Made by a program: the position numbers and the translations under genes. A stretch of DNA of 64,000 bases from Parcubacteria group bacterium GW2011_GWA2_43_13 (GTDB lineage Bacteria; Patescibacteriota; Patescibacteriia; UBA9629; GWA2-43-13). Of this stretch, positions 37,482 through 50,200 are shown one piece after another. The stretch spans positions 1,925-65,924 of the forward strand of contig LCFM01000004.1 in NCBI GenBank assembly GCA_000999025.1. Reading direction: 5' to 3'. The notes beneath the pieces were generated by a model, which had not been told where the DNA came from, ran no database searches, and saw nothing but the letters and a program-made list of their open reading frames with translations. Within the stretch, counting starts at the first letter, position 1. Each line of letters begins with the position of its first letter.

Positions 37482-40400
37482 GCGGAAGTGTCTTGGCTTT
37501 GAGGTACAGATTCTTTCGTTTCTGGGGCAGAAGGCACTTCTTGAGTGCTACTTGTTTCTGTATCTGATGAAGCTGGCTGTGTGCTCTGGGTGGTTTGATT
37601 TTCCGCGACTGTTCCGATTTGCTCTGCTGTCTCGGCTCCTTGGCGAAGAATGGTACCTTGTCCCTCTTGAGTTTTCGCTTGACTGTCTTTCATAATCTCT
37701 TGCGTTCTTCGAGTTGTTGTCACTTGCACACGTGATTGCCGTGTCGCTCTATCACTTGCCTGTCTTCGTGTTGTTTGAGCTTCTTTTTTCTCCTGTTGCA
37801 ATGCCGCGGCCCCTGTCGCCTGCACTGTTTCACTCATCTGTTCTGCTCCTTGCATAACTTGTTCTGCCACATCTCGTAATGCGTCACCCACATCAGCAGA
37901 GCCGGTCTGCGCTTCCGATGATGAAACGCTCGGACTCCCTATTTCTTGATCAACTTGCTCTGAATCAAGACGAGCGCGGAATGCGGATTGTTGCTTTGCC
38001 GAAGCAGGTGGCGAAAGCGTACCGGATTTAAGCACTGATTGCATAAAACGCATTGACGGATCCTGGCTTTGCTCAACCATGGTTTTCATTGCATCGTTCA
38101 GCTGATACGTCGCGTCGTCTTTCTTTCCATATCGTGTCGCGTTGACCAATGATGTGCTTAAAAATTCATCTGCGATTATTGCTTCAGGCGGTTCTGCTCC
38201 ATACGTACCTTTATATTCTTCTGTTATTTTCTGCTGTACGCCAGCTTTTTGATCACCCAATGCATTCCAAAATTGCATCAGCACATCTTGAGGCAATTTC
38301 CCAACAAAGCTGTGCATTTTTTCTTCAAGCCCTGTAAGATATTGTTCTTGGCCCCCACGCTCGCCTTGATGTAAGTTTGCATCTGTATTAACAATCCGAA
38401 CAGTGCCTGATTTTTCCAGCCCTTGCCGAGCCAGCGCGCGTTCCGCTTCGCTATATCCTTGAGATGCCATCTTCTGGTCAAGCGCGTTGAGAAGTTTTTC
38501 TAATGTCTGCTGATCCTGTGGGTTTGCATCTTGAACATGAAGGGTCGCGCCAGCAACATCTTTCATGCCAGCGACATGTAATATATCTTTATCAAGATAT
38601 AATTTCGGGTTGCGCGTCTCTAACCCTTTTTGCTGTTGAGTAATCACTGAATCAACTCCACCAATTCTGTCTTGCGGTTTTCGTGTATCTTCAATCTGAA
38701 TGCTTTCGGCATTTTTAAGATACTGTTCAAACGCCTGAAGTTGCGGGCCAACAACCCCTTGCTCTTGCGATTGCTTTAATAAATCCGGTAAAAACTTTGC
38801 AATATCACCGCGTGACAACATGTCCTGATTTTTAGCAATACCCCATTTTTCTTTATCAATCCGCAGTGCTGGATTTATATTGTTGTTGCGCCCCTGCAAT
38901 CCTTGCAGTTTATCCTGGGCTCGACGTTGATCATCCTGCACCTGCATCAATGCTTCACCGCCTTCACCACGATCTAACAAATCACGCTGTTGTTGTATTG
39001 CTTGATCTGCCTCTTGTTGCGCGCCGTCTATTTGGCTTGATATGGTATCTTTTTCCTGCATCTGCTGAACAAATGTCTGCGCTCCGATTTCTAATCGCTG
39101 TTTGCCCTGATCCTGAACAATCACATTCTGCGCCGCTATTGTGACATTACCCATGTTTCCACCCACCACCCCCTTCTCAACTTTTTCTGTTTTCTCTTTC
39201 TCTTCTCCATCAAGACGAAACATATCAAAACGACCAGATGTAGGTGACGCCTTACTGTCCGCAAAGGTTTTACTGTTTTCTAATCTACGTTGCGTCGTCT
39301 CAATTGCTCGCACATCCTCATCTTTCAAAGCAGAATTCTTCACATACTTCCCAGTAGCGTCCTTAAGATACTTCCCTGTAGGATCTTTTTGATAAATGTC
39401 ATGATTATCTTTATCTAAATTGACTGCGGCTTTTTGAAGATTAGTGCCTCGTTGAGCCACTTCGTGTAATCGCTTAATCCCTGTTAATGCTTCTCCCTGT
39501 TCGTCAGCGCTTCCAGTCTCGGTGATGTCTATTAACTTCTGCATCATCGCGCGGAGTTGTTCTGAATCTTTGATATCATCAGGATCCGATACATCTTGCG
39601 CCCACTTTACCGCATCGGACCCTTCTAATGTATGGTATGTCTCAGCAATAGCCGCCTCTTTCTTTGCCCTCCCCATTGGAGTAATTTTCTTCCCACTAGC
39701 AGTACGCGCGATAGTACTTTGCATCTTCGCACTTTTTAGTGCCTGAACTCGCTCCGTTGCTTTCTTTTTATATCCAGCTCTGTTTTTTGACATCGCAAGC
39801 CCAGTACGCTCTGATACGGCACGAACTCCGGTAAACTTTGCAAGTTGCCCCCAACCACCACGCGCGCCAGCGACATTATCAACCCCTTTCTGAAGCCACT
39901 TTGCACGGGCAAGAGTCCCTCCTGCAACTTTAAATGGCGCTTTAAGCGTACCTTTCAACGCCCTCCCTCCCCCCTTCAACACCGCCCCTCCCGCGCCCTG
40001 TAACTTCCCCATCATTGTGCCGGCGAATTTTCCGGCAATACCGGATGTTTGACCTGCGTATTTTAATGCCATCCATAACACGCCAATAGAAATCACAAAA
40101 CTCAACATGTTCACAGGGGACCCAACTGAAGACACTCCTGCAGATAAATCACCTGTTGCTCCTGTTATAGAATCAAACGTACTATGCGACGTCCCCATGA
40201 TTGCAAACGAAAGCCAGAGAAAAAATGCTAAAATCGGGCCCATGGGAACATATTTGCCAAATTCAGTCATCCACTGGCTTGCATATTTTTCACCAAACGG
40301 CACTGCCCGCATCACAAAAAATACCGGTGAGGTAATTGTTAAAAACCATAAAATAACAATACGAGTAACAAAAACCAAAAGATATACAAGAACTGTAACA

Positions 40401-41056
40401 ATTGCGACAATAAGCATGACTATCGCCAAAAGATACGCGCCTAAAACTTCCCCGCTATTCCCTCCTACAGCATTGGAAAATTGTATCATCTCTCTAAGCC
40501 CCAGCGCTTCTGTCATATTTCCTGCGGCGGCACTTTTGTACGCGTTAAAAAACATCATAGTAAACACATGCGCAAAATCAATCGCAAGCCCTACTATCGT
40601 TTTGCTGAAATTAACCAATATCGCGGCAAGCAACACTTTGCCCAGCATTGATTTGTAACTATATTTTTGGACATTAAAGATCGTTCCAAACGCAATCATC
40701 ATCATAAAAATAATAAACCCGACATTCAATATATCTCTCATCACAAGCCACCCCTTAATAACAGCTGGTTGATAAATAATATTATTGTATGAAGCAATCT
40801 GAATGAGAAAAGAAACTATAATAGCAAGTATTTTCCCTAATAACCATACAATACTTCCCAAGGTGGCATTTATAATACCATTAATTATTTCAGCTACCAA
40901 AGCATGCGCTATCGCAGGAGTTGCAAAAAAGATAGCCACGAAAAATACCGCCACTAAACACAACACAGCCGCTTGTGTGCGACTTAAAAATGGCTGTTGA
41001 TTTTTTATACAAAAAAATTCTTTCATCCGGAATGAGATAATTCTCGCTTCATACAA
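37478..41056 (-). CDS. VirB6/TrbL-like polytopic T4SS membrane protein with ~800-aa disordered C-terminal extension
   Basis: 1192 aa; ~8 TM helices in the first ~400 aa; the rest is a Q/E/T/A/K-rich low-complexity region. Confidence 0.5.
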   Translation of the reverse strand: MYEARIISFRMKEFFCIKNQQPFLSRTQAAVLCLVAVFFVAIFFATPAIAHALVAEIINGIINATLGSIVWLLGKILAIIVSFLIQIASYNNIIYQPAVIKGWLVMRDILNVGFIIFMMMIAFGTIFNVQKYSYKSMLGKVLLAAILVNFSKTIVGLAIDFAHVFTMMFFNAYKSAAAGNMTEALGLREMIQFSNAVGGNSGEVLGAYLLAIVMLIVAIVTVLVYLLVFVTRIVILWFLTITSPVFFVMRAVPFGEKYASQWMTEFGKYVPMGPILAFFLWLSFAIMGTSHSTFDSITGATGDLSAGVSSVGSPVNMLSFVISIGVLWMALKYAGQTSGIAGKFAGTMMGKLQGAGGAVLKGGGRALKGTLKAPFKVAGGTLARAKWLQKGVDNVAGARGGWGQLAKFTGVRAVSERTGLAMSKNRAGYKKKATERVQALKSAKMQSTIARTASGKKITPMGRAKKEAAIAETYHTLEGSDAVKWAQDVSDPDDIKDSEQLRAMMQKLIDITETGSADEQGEALTGIKRLHEVAQRGTNLQKAAVNLDKDNHDIYQKDPTGKYLKDATGKYVKNSALKDEDVRAIETTQRRLENSKTFADSKASPTSGRFDMFRLDGEEKEKTEKVEKGVVGGNMGNVTIAAQNVIVQDQGKQRLEIGAQTFVQQMQEKDTISSQIDGAQQEADQAIQQQRDLLDRGEGGEALMQVQDDQRRAQDKLQGLQGRNNNINPALRIDKEKWGIAKNQDMLSRGDIAKFLPDLLKQSQEQGVVGPQLQAFEQYLKNAESIQIEDTRKPQDRIGGVDSVITQQQKGLETRNPKLYLDKDILHVAGMKDVAGATLHVQDANPQDQQTLEKLLNALDQKMASQGYSEAERALARQGLEKSGTVRIVNTDANLHQGERGGQEQYLTGLEEKMHSFVGKLPQDVLMQFWNALGDQKAGVQQKITEEYKGTYGAEPPEAIIADEFLSTSLVNATRYGKKDDATYQLNDAMKTMVEQSQDPSMRFMQSVLKSGTLSPPASAKQQSAFRARLDSEQVDQEIGSPSVSSSEAQTGSADVGDALRDVAEQVMQGAEQMSETVQATGAAALQQEKKEAQTTRRQASDRATRQSRVQVTTTRRTQEIMKDSQAKTQEGQGTILRQGAETAEQIGTVAENQTTQSTQPASSDTETSSTQEVPSAPETKESVPQSQDTSA

Positions 41057-41142
41057 CTATTATATCACAAATATAAAAAAAGCAGGTACACAATAATACC
41101 CCGCCCTTGCCCTCCCCTCTATAGGAAGCATCCCATAAAACG

Positions 41143-41199
41143 CAGAGACGCGACGATGCCACGTCTCTAACAAAGACGCCCCATCGGGGCGTCTCTACA
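41143..41199. repeat. palindromic element family A (two units)
   Basis: gcagagacgcgacgatgccacgtctct..aagacgccccatcggggcgtctctac. Confidence 0.6.
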
Positions 41200-41211
41200 C
41201 TATTCTGTATT

Positions 41212-44200
41212 CTACTCCTGAATCTTGACTGGTAAAGAAAAGAACGTGTTATCGTTCTGATCGCAGTCCGATCCCCAATTCCCCGCCCCACTGGCTGGTT
41301 CCGAGATATTGTCTGCGCCATTGCACCATCCCCAGTTATCAGTCACACGAATGCGAATCTTAATATCCGTACCAACAACACCTGAACCATATACATGCGT
41401 GTACCGATGTGGGCTTGCCATATCGCGGCGCTGATCAATGGCAAGATTTGTCTGGCGGGTAAAACTGCCATCTCCCCAGTCAATTTCTATGGCCTTAATC
41501 GGCAAATGATCAATAGGAACATTTGTTGTAAATGCCAACTGAACTGATCTTTGCTCGCCGATGCTAACCACAGGAGTAGGAGTAATAGCAGATTTTTGGC
41601 CAATCTTCACCCCATTCGCCTGCACTTCTAAAATTTGAGGAGCATAATACTTACATGTCCCTTTCCCCTTATCACAAGAAGAACCCAACGCGCAAGAAGA
41701 ATCCAACGCGCAAGGAGAACCCAACACGTCGGAGCAGAACTGCCGATTAGAGGAACAAACCAACATACCACGCTTATCCACTACTCCCCCTTCAGAGCGA
41801 TACCCTTGAATACCATCATCCCACTTAAATCGCTCGAATATCTTACTAAACACACTGAAAATTCGATTTAATCCAGTAGATGCAAGCGTTGTAGATGCAA
41901 GCGTTGTGGAAGGCGCCACAATAGTTGTTGGCGTACATACTCCTGGTGGTTCATCTGCTGGTTTCGGCGGTGTTGATGTCTCGCAATTGCTTGAAATTTT
42001 ACATGATTTCCCAAGCTTATCTTTTGCGCCCTTCGTACACACATTCCCTGCGGGACATGATCCGCCTGGGCAATCTTTTGGCGTAAAACACACACTTCCG
42101 TCTCGCGCGCCACCAACACAGGTATTAATGGTTGCATCATACGCAAATGCCATATTGCCCCTGTGCGTTTCTGTGCATAATTTTGCCTGCTCGTTGTTTT
42201 GCGTATCTCCACTGCTAAACAACAATAATGGACTTTGAATAATTTGATCAGGCACAAAATCGTTATTTGTATCAAGCGTCCTTAGAATATCTGACGGCCG
42301 ATCAATAGCAGGCGCGGCGCTGAACGGCAAACACTGTGTGTTCACGCCAAATTGAACAGGTTTTTCAAGCGTATACGTTCCCTGCATCCGCGACGCCCAT
42401 GCCGCATTTGTTCCATCATCATCAACTGTTTTAACCAATTCCGCGCAATATAATGGACGTGAAATGCGCTGTACCTTCTTTAATGTGGAAACACCTTCAA
42501 GGACAAGGAAACGATCCATCACCCTATCCCGTACACCAGCATGGGTAGTTAATTTAGTAAAACCATCAAATACCGCATCAGAACTGCCGGTACAGTATGG
42601 TTCTGCACAATATGATTCCCGCGGGTCATATCCAGAATGATCATCATCATCACAGAAATTAGTATCGTCAGACCATTCATAAATAGCCGCCTTATGGTAT
42701 ACCTCTAATAATTTATCTGTATAACACGAAGAATCTGAAGAACTTGCGCAATCACTTGATGAAGAAAATTGCAGGGTTTTAATCCGGTTATCATCTGATG
42801 ACTCTTTTCCTGTCACTTCTAAACATCCGCCTTTGACCTCGCCGTCGTCAGCACCTGTCGACTCCACTCCAATCCGTCCGCTGGCGTTAGCGGTCAAATG
42901 TGGATTAAACACATTCACTGAATCACCTAATAGCCAATCATCTTCTGATAAACTGTAAAACGCTGGTTTAGGATCGCTTGCAATAGCAAACTTCCAGCAT
43001 CCGGCATCTTTATCAAGCGGGTTCCCTCTAAACGCAACGCACACAAAACGAGGCACATCATATCTTGGCGGAAGTGGCTTTTCTTTTGCCACGGCGCAAT
43101 GGTATACAGGTCCCGGACCTTGGTAGCCAATATTTTCCGGCTTGGTGAATATATTGGTTTCGTCTTTAATCACATCAACCGGATACCATTGAATACACAC
43201 CGCAGGGTTTGCCGGATCACGCTCCATGCACAACCCTTTCCATCCGCGCACATACTGGCCTCTATCATCTATAGCATCGCACTGTAAAGCAGATGATGCA
43301 GGATACAGCCGGCATGACGGAGCGGAATCAAGCAACGGTCGCTCGGTCTCTTTTGCCACGCGCAGTACCGGCCGAATTTGAATATCATCAAACACAACTG
43401 ATCCTGTAATATCCTGCATAAGGTCAATACGCAAGGAACGCGTTGTGCTGTGCGTTGTGAAATCTTTTGCAAAAAACTGCCACTGATTCCCAAGAGTAAA
43501 ATTCGATGTATCCACAGCAAGTACAGAACCAACTGCTCCGCTATTCCCGCTCTCCGGCGCTCTATCATTATTAAATTGAACAACTTTCACCAACGTCTGC
43601 GCTCTATCAGTTCCAACAGTGCTCTGGTCAAGGTTTCGCGTATTCACCCACCCTGAAACCACATACGTAGTATTCCCCCGAATGTTTGACACGCGCGTGG
43701 ACATGCCGGTTTGCTCTCCTTCAGAAGACGCGACAGTTTGAAGAAACGCGGCAATATCCACATCAGATCCGCGAATCAAATCACACTTCCCGTCGCACAC
43801 ACTTTGCTCATACCAGATGATATCTGAATACTCCAAACGCGATGTATTGGAAAATACCACATCATCAATTATTAATGCAGTAGCGCCTGAATCAGCGCGT
43901 TGGAACCTCACCGCGAGTTTGCGCGATTCTACTGAATCTACTTTTAAAAATGTGATGGTAAATGTTTTCCATGTATCGCCAGTTGATGATACATCTAATC
44001 CTGAAACAAAAGCTCCCAATCCAGTGCTTCCGGTATCATAACTATTTTTAAGTTCATCTTCATTAGGATTTTTATGGAGTTCAACCTTTAATGTGCCTGT
44101 GCCTTTTATTTTTCCTTTTATAGAATATGACTCACCTGCTTTCATCTCATCTAAAACCATTGCCACTTCCGCTTTCTCTACCCCGCACCGCGCGCCCAAA

Positions 44201-47200
44201 CCCGAACAATCAGTGTCCTTTGTACACACTGCGCCTTTGTTTGTTCCTGCGTCACCGTCACATACCCTTTCAGATGAAGTAATTTTTCCAATCTGAAACG
44301 CCTGCCCGCCATCTGAAGAAACAAGCTTGCAGTTCGTGCACCCAACGCTTTTATACCAATTCACAGGTCCGGTTGGTTGGGATGACGCGTTCGGCATCTG
44401 GTTTAATACATTATTCGGTACATTCTGTTCAAAATTAAACACCCGAGTCAAACCGTTATATGGCACAAAACGAGTATTGCGCAAAGAAAACACTCCTTCT
44501 GTCTTTTTTATAACATCAACAATCACAAATGTATTACTAAAATCGCCACGAGGGACATCAATGATATGCGAAAATGATTTCTTTTCCGACGGCGCAAGCG
44601 TAATGGTTTCTGTTGTTGCCGTTGTGTCTAACGCCTTCTCATCACCAGCCCTCCACCCTTCTCGCGTTACATCATTCGGCGCGATGTACTTGCCTGCGGC
44701 GTCTTTACCAGCATAGAAGAAACGATACCGTATATCAATACTTCCAGGCGCGCCTGCGTATGATTGCGCTTCACCGGTAAATACAAATTTTCCAGGCACT
44801 CCAAAAAGTTGTATATCAGCGCTGTATCGGTTTTGAAGAATCTCACGAGATGAAGCATCAGATGTTACCGACCCGATACGCAAGGATCGGACACCGCTTT
44901 TTACCTCTTTGGTATCAAGCGAACACGACCCCTCGCACGGTTTTTGAATAATCCAGCCATCAGGAAAATTATCCTCGTTTACATCTTTTTCAAAATCAAA
45001 GTTCAGTACACTTGCTGAATCACCCTCAACGCTCATAGCGTTTGGATGATAACTTCCCGAAATTGTTTGACCTGTATTAAATACCAGCCCTGGTCGAGCG
45101 AGCCCGCTTCTGCGCGTAAATTCTTCAAAATCACCTCCTCCTGTAAATCCGGTACCAATAGAATCAGCAATTGCCGGTTGCGCATAAATAAATGACCGGG
45201 AAATATCACTATCATCAACGATGTCCGTACATTCGCCATTCTCGCCCCAGTCGCGGCACGCAAAACGATCAAAACACACCTGTTTCTCTTTTCCATCCGC
45301 GCCAATAGTAGTCGCGCCTGAACGGCACTCCAGCCATTCGCCACATACTCGATCATTTTCCACCCGAACCGATTCCGCCTGCCTTTGCGCGCCTTCTGTT
45401 GCCACGCGTTCCCAGTATTCTTTCCGATTTTCATTTTCAAACGGTAATGGAGCGATAAATGTTCGGAATGCACGGCATGATCCAAAACTCAAATCAATAT
45501 CAGTGCACGCCGCTCCATTTTGAAGGCCAGTACCAAGAGTAATAAATTGACTGGTAAGATCTTTTTCTTCCCGCACTTCAGTACATGACGCCTCTTGTTG
45601 AGGACACAATCCGGCATATCCGTCGCTTGGTTGCGTGTACTCATTAGATGAACGTGCGCCTATTGGCTGAAGAGTAGCAACAGGACATGGCGAAGATGTT
45701 CCTTTTATCAGCCACGCATCGCCATTAAACTCACACACCTGTCCTTGAGGCGCTTTAAATAACGCAGTCCCGCTCTCCACAAGTTTGCCGTCTTGATTCT
45801 TTTTCATCACAGTATACTGCTGGCACATAGAACTCTTTTCACTGCACACAATGCGGTCATACTGATCAGGCCTCTCAATCAACGCAACGGGATTGAATCC
45901 AACAAGCGCGGGACTCAACGCTCCATCTGACTGTTGTTTATTTTCTATATTTGGTTGCGCATACAGCATACATCCCATTTCTGATGATTGGCACTGCGCT
46001 TCCGGCGTCACTTTCACAACTTCAACAAAATCCTGTGGTATAAGGGTCAGCCGATCCTCGCCTTCAAAGTGAACTTCTTCTTCAATGGCAGTATTATTAT
46101 TGGTATTAATAAGCGCTTCGCATCCCACATCACTTTCAGGGCATGGTTGGCTGAATTTATACAGATACACATTCGTTTTTGCGCTTACCCCCGGCATGCG
46201 CGTTGAATACGCGGAACATCCTTGATATGCCTGATCAATGCATATCTTCGGAACAGGAGACCACGAATCCCGCACCCGATAAAACACATCAGTGCGAGTG
46301 CTCATTTGAATCTGATCAATCAATAACCGCGCTGAACCTGCATCCGGATATGAAAAATACATAACAAATTGATTGACGCTCTGCATCCCTTCATCAGATA
46401 ATGCATTTTTATACACCAGCGGTCCAAGCGTCGCGGTATGCCATTCATTATCAGGAATCAGCAGTGTCTCTGACACATCTGTTTCAGCAGGGCCGTACGG
46501 AAGCGTAACACGCGGATACTGATCAATGGAGAGAAATGACGAGACAGCGCTGGCAGAACTTATTTTATACAGTATGGTTACGGAATACTCCCTGCCTGTT
46601 TGTAATATACTGGAAAATCCGGTTGATGGAAGTTTTGCCCCACCAGTTCCTGATGGAAGAGCCAATGACTGCGTTTCCCCATCCGACTCTGTGGCAAGCA
46701 TTCCGCCTTCCCATGGCGATGTTCCTGTATTGAAATCGCTTTTAAAAATCATTTGAACATTTCCGGCTTTAGGCCCTTCATATCTTCTGCACATATTGTC
46801 CGTGGCAGAACATTTCGCGCTTGCGGACGGCAGAATATTCATACGCTCGCCTGTGGTTGTTCTCCGTAAAAGACGGCAATCATTTGAAACCGGTACGGTT
46901 TTACTTTGAAGGATAAACACGTTTCGACCTTGAGAATCAATAAATTCACGGCAATCCGGATTGGTTGCTGTAGTATCAGGACTGCACACTGCCTGCGTTG
47001 CAACAGTATCAGCGCACACTGTTCCTTCATCGCGCATAGCAGGATTTGTGCATGGACTGTTATTGATATTGCTCTGTAACAAATCAACAGCCCGCAGTTG
47101 GAAGCCGAAAATATCAGCGCCTTCCCAGACAAAATACCGTTTCTTTACTCGATCCTCACTATCCGCAACTGTTTGGCTTACATTAGCGCACCATCGTGTA

Positions 47201-50200
47201 TTGGTATAATATTCCCGGGCTTCAGATGTTCCAAGATTTTCCGCATTCACATTAGTAAACTCTTCGCACCCAACTGCAGTGGCATTGCATACCTTGCCGC
47301 CATTATCTCCAATCGGAATAAAGCTCACAGTTTTATATCCAGGATCAAGCCGGGTCGGACTTTCGATATAATCATTAAACCCGACACACTGGGCAACGCA
47401 TTGGTCCCCTTGCACTAACTTCGCGTACACGGTAACAGGGTTGCTTGTATTGTGCGGAATAAACGCCTGACAACCGATTGCTTCTGTACCCCGACACATC
47501 GCCCGCTTGCTGTTTAAAAATAATTCTTCTGTAGAGCGAAATCCTTCAACTTCTGTCGAATAATCACCTTGTTCAGCATTCGCGGTAATAAGTTGAGTAA
47601 TCTGGCCTGCCGAAGGTAAGATAAGTTTATCTTGATCATCTCGTTTTGGCACAACGCGCACATAGCGCTGACATCCGGCAGATGTCGGTTTGCATGACTG
47701 CGCTTTCGCGTTTAAATGAATAATCGCATTCGCATCAGAGCCGGCAACACTGCACGTGCTTACCAATTCTCCGCCTGCATCACGAATTTCGCATGAATCC
47801 TCTCCCACGCCAATCTGACATCGCGCCCCTCCGGCAACTGTGCACCAAAAAACCCCATCTGCTTCTGTTCCGGGGATCGAGGTAAAGGCGCTATCAAGTA
47901 ACGGAGTTGAAGTATTTTCCAATTGTATGGCAATTGAAGAAGATATTTTAGGAACACTCATTCCCTTTACATCAGGGTTTGACACGCGCAATAACTCGCG
48001 GCATCCAATACTAGAATCATCTTTGCATCCAGTTGTATCAAGCGTACTCTTAAGATACGACACCTGCTGTTTCTTGCTATCTTTAAAGGTCTCGCACGAA
48101 GCATATTCAGGCCGACATGCTTTATTTTGATCTCCAAACTGCCACTGATACTTCTCAAGCGTGCAATACCCATAGCGCTTGCAATTTCCTTTATCATCTT
48201 CTAATACGCAGGTCTGCTCATCTGCGCAATAATCAGCGCGTTGAATGGCAATACTTTTTGCTTTTTTAGGATCTGATTTATTTTCTTCTTCTTGGCGCGA
48301 AATAATTTGCTCACCAGCTCCAGTAGCCGCGCACTGCACCTGCGGCGCCTTTAACACCCATTGAGGATTAATCAATCCAAAGTATGGATTATCGGAAAAC
48401 GGAACAACTTTCCCTGCTTTCCCTTCACGTGGCACAACAAGCGTGGATCCACCACATACGATATCTGCAACAGAAAGGACTGTTACTGTCCCAGGATTCA
48501 CCCCAACAACTCGTGTAGTACACTGAACCGCGTCATCGTCATTCGGAACAAAAATAAGCGACTGGCCGACATAAAAATCACGAGTGTAATCCTTACTGCT
48601 TGGCAGATTAATCTGCATACCAGTCGCGTTCTCGCTTGCAGAAGCACCCTCGATTGGAAGGACATTTTTTGCCGGTTTATCAAACGCGAACATTAAATCA
48701 CCCAACGTCTTTGGACTGTCATATCTATTGATATACTCGGCCGCTAATTCCCATGAAACCGGTATAATCCGATAATGGCGCAACAGCGCTAAACTGCGAT
48801 ATGGGTATCCATTGCCGACTTTCGGCTCTATATCTTTTTTTTCATATCCGAATTTCCAATCAGCATGAAGAAGATTTTTCTCAATCGCCTCTTTGACAGT
48901 CAACTCCTGCTTGACTGCCTCGGCAAACCCGGAATCAATAATGTTTTCATTATATTCCGTAAACCCGTTTCCGCTTGATGACGAACGCGATAGCAAGGTA
49001 ACCGCATCAATAGATGTGGCCGATTTATACGCCGGCGCGGCAAGCGAGGCAAACCGTTTTTGCGCGACTTTCACTCCGCCAAGCGCCGGAATCGCGCCCT
49101 TTTGCGTTGCTTGCTGTGCTGTGGCAAGATTGGTATTCAACCCGGGTCCGTCATAATACTTTTTAACCAATTGCGAAACAAGCGTATTGGTAAAAATACC
49201 AACCGCATCTGCAATCGCAACGCCGGTGTATTGAGCAAATTGATTATTCGATTGTTTCAGCGATTCAACGCCAAGCGCATTCACTAATGTTGACGGCGTT
49301 TTAACAACCCCGGAAACCGTTGAGGTAATACTGTCTGTTACGCCTTGGAGACCCTGAAAATACTTACTCTTTTCTACTTCTTTCGCCGCTTTGTTATTCG
49401 CTTCTGATGTCAGTTTTAACTGCGCGCCTATAGGATTGCTTTCCGGATTAAACATTTTGGATAAATCAGCAAGTTCGCTCCCAGGAGTTGTCGGCTTTAA
49501 CGCTCCTCTGCGACGGTCATCATTCATGGTATCCACCATGCCATACAACTCTTTAAACCACCCGTCAAACCGATTAAGGTATTCGTTAATCTGTGTTTTG
49601 CATACGTCTTGTCCTTCTGTTGCTCTTACGCAAAATGGTTGAATAACAGTAAAATCCTTATTAGAAAAAAGAGTGGAAAAAAAGTTTTCTTGCACTGCAT
49701 AGCCATATGTGGCAGGAGTAGCTGGATTATTGGTCAAACTTTCAAGGTATTCAATATACTTCTCTGCCCCGGTAAACGTAGATGGTTGTAGAAATGATTT
49801 TGTTCGCTCTTGTTCGATCTGAAAATACAACGCCACTTCATTAGCCACTGTGGCGCATGGACTGTCTGGATCTTCTAAATACGACGCAGGACAAATTTCT
49901 TTACTGATATATATCTGCCGAAAATAGTCCTCAAGTTTAAGAGAATCACCATAATAAAGGTATCCAAAATTATATGTCTGAATATAATTTTTATTCAGCA
50001 ACACGCCAGCATCAAGCATTGATGAAATAATGGATACAAATCGTTTATTCGCGCCTGCCTCATCTAATTTTTGCGCGCTTAAATCCTCAACCACTTTTGT
50101 TAATACATCTGTCGCGCCTTGCAGTGTTTCTCCGACTTTCAATAATCGAGCACGCGCCGCATCACCTATCTTTTTATCATTTTTGATAATATCGGTTATT

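Noticed and set aside
40107-40658. 183-aa plus-strand ORF inside the VirB6-like gene
   Set aside because: It is antisense to the TM-rich region of a large co-directional operon gene. Its composition mirrors the complement of hydrophobic codons, so it is almost certainly not coding.
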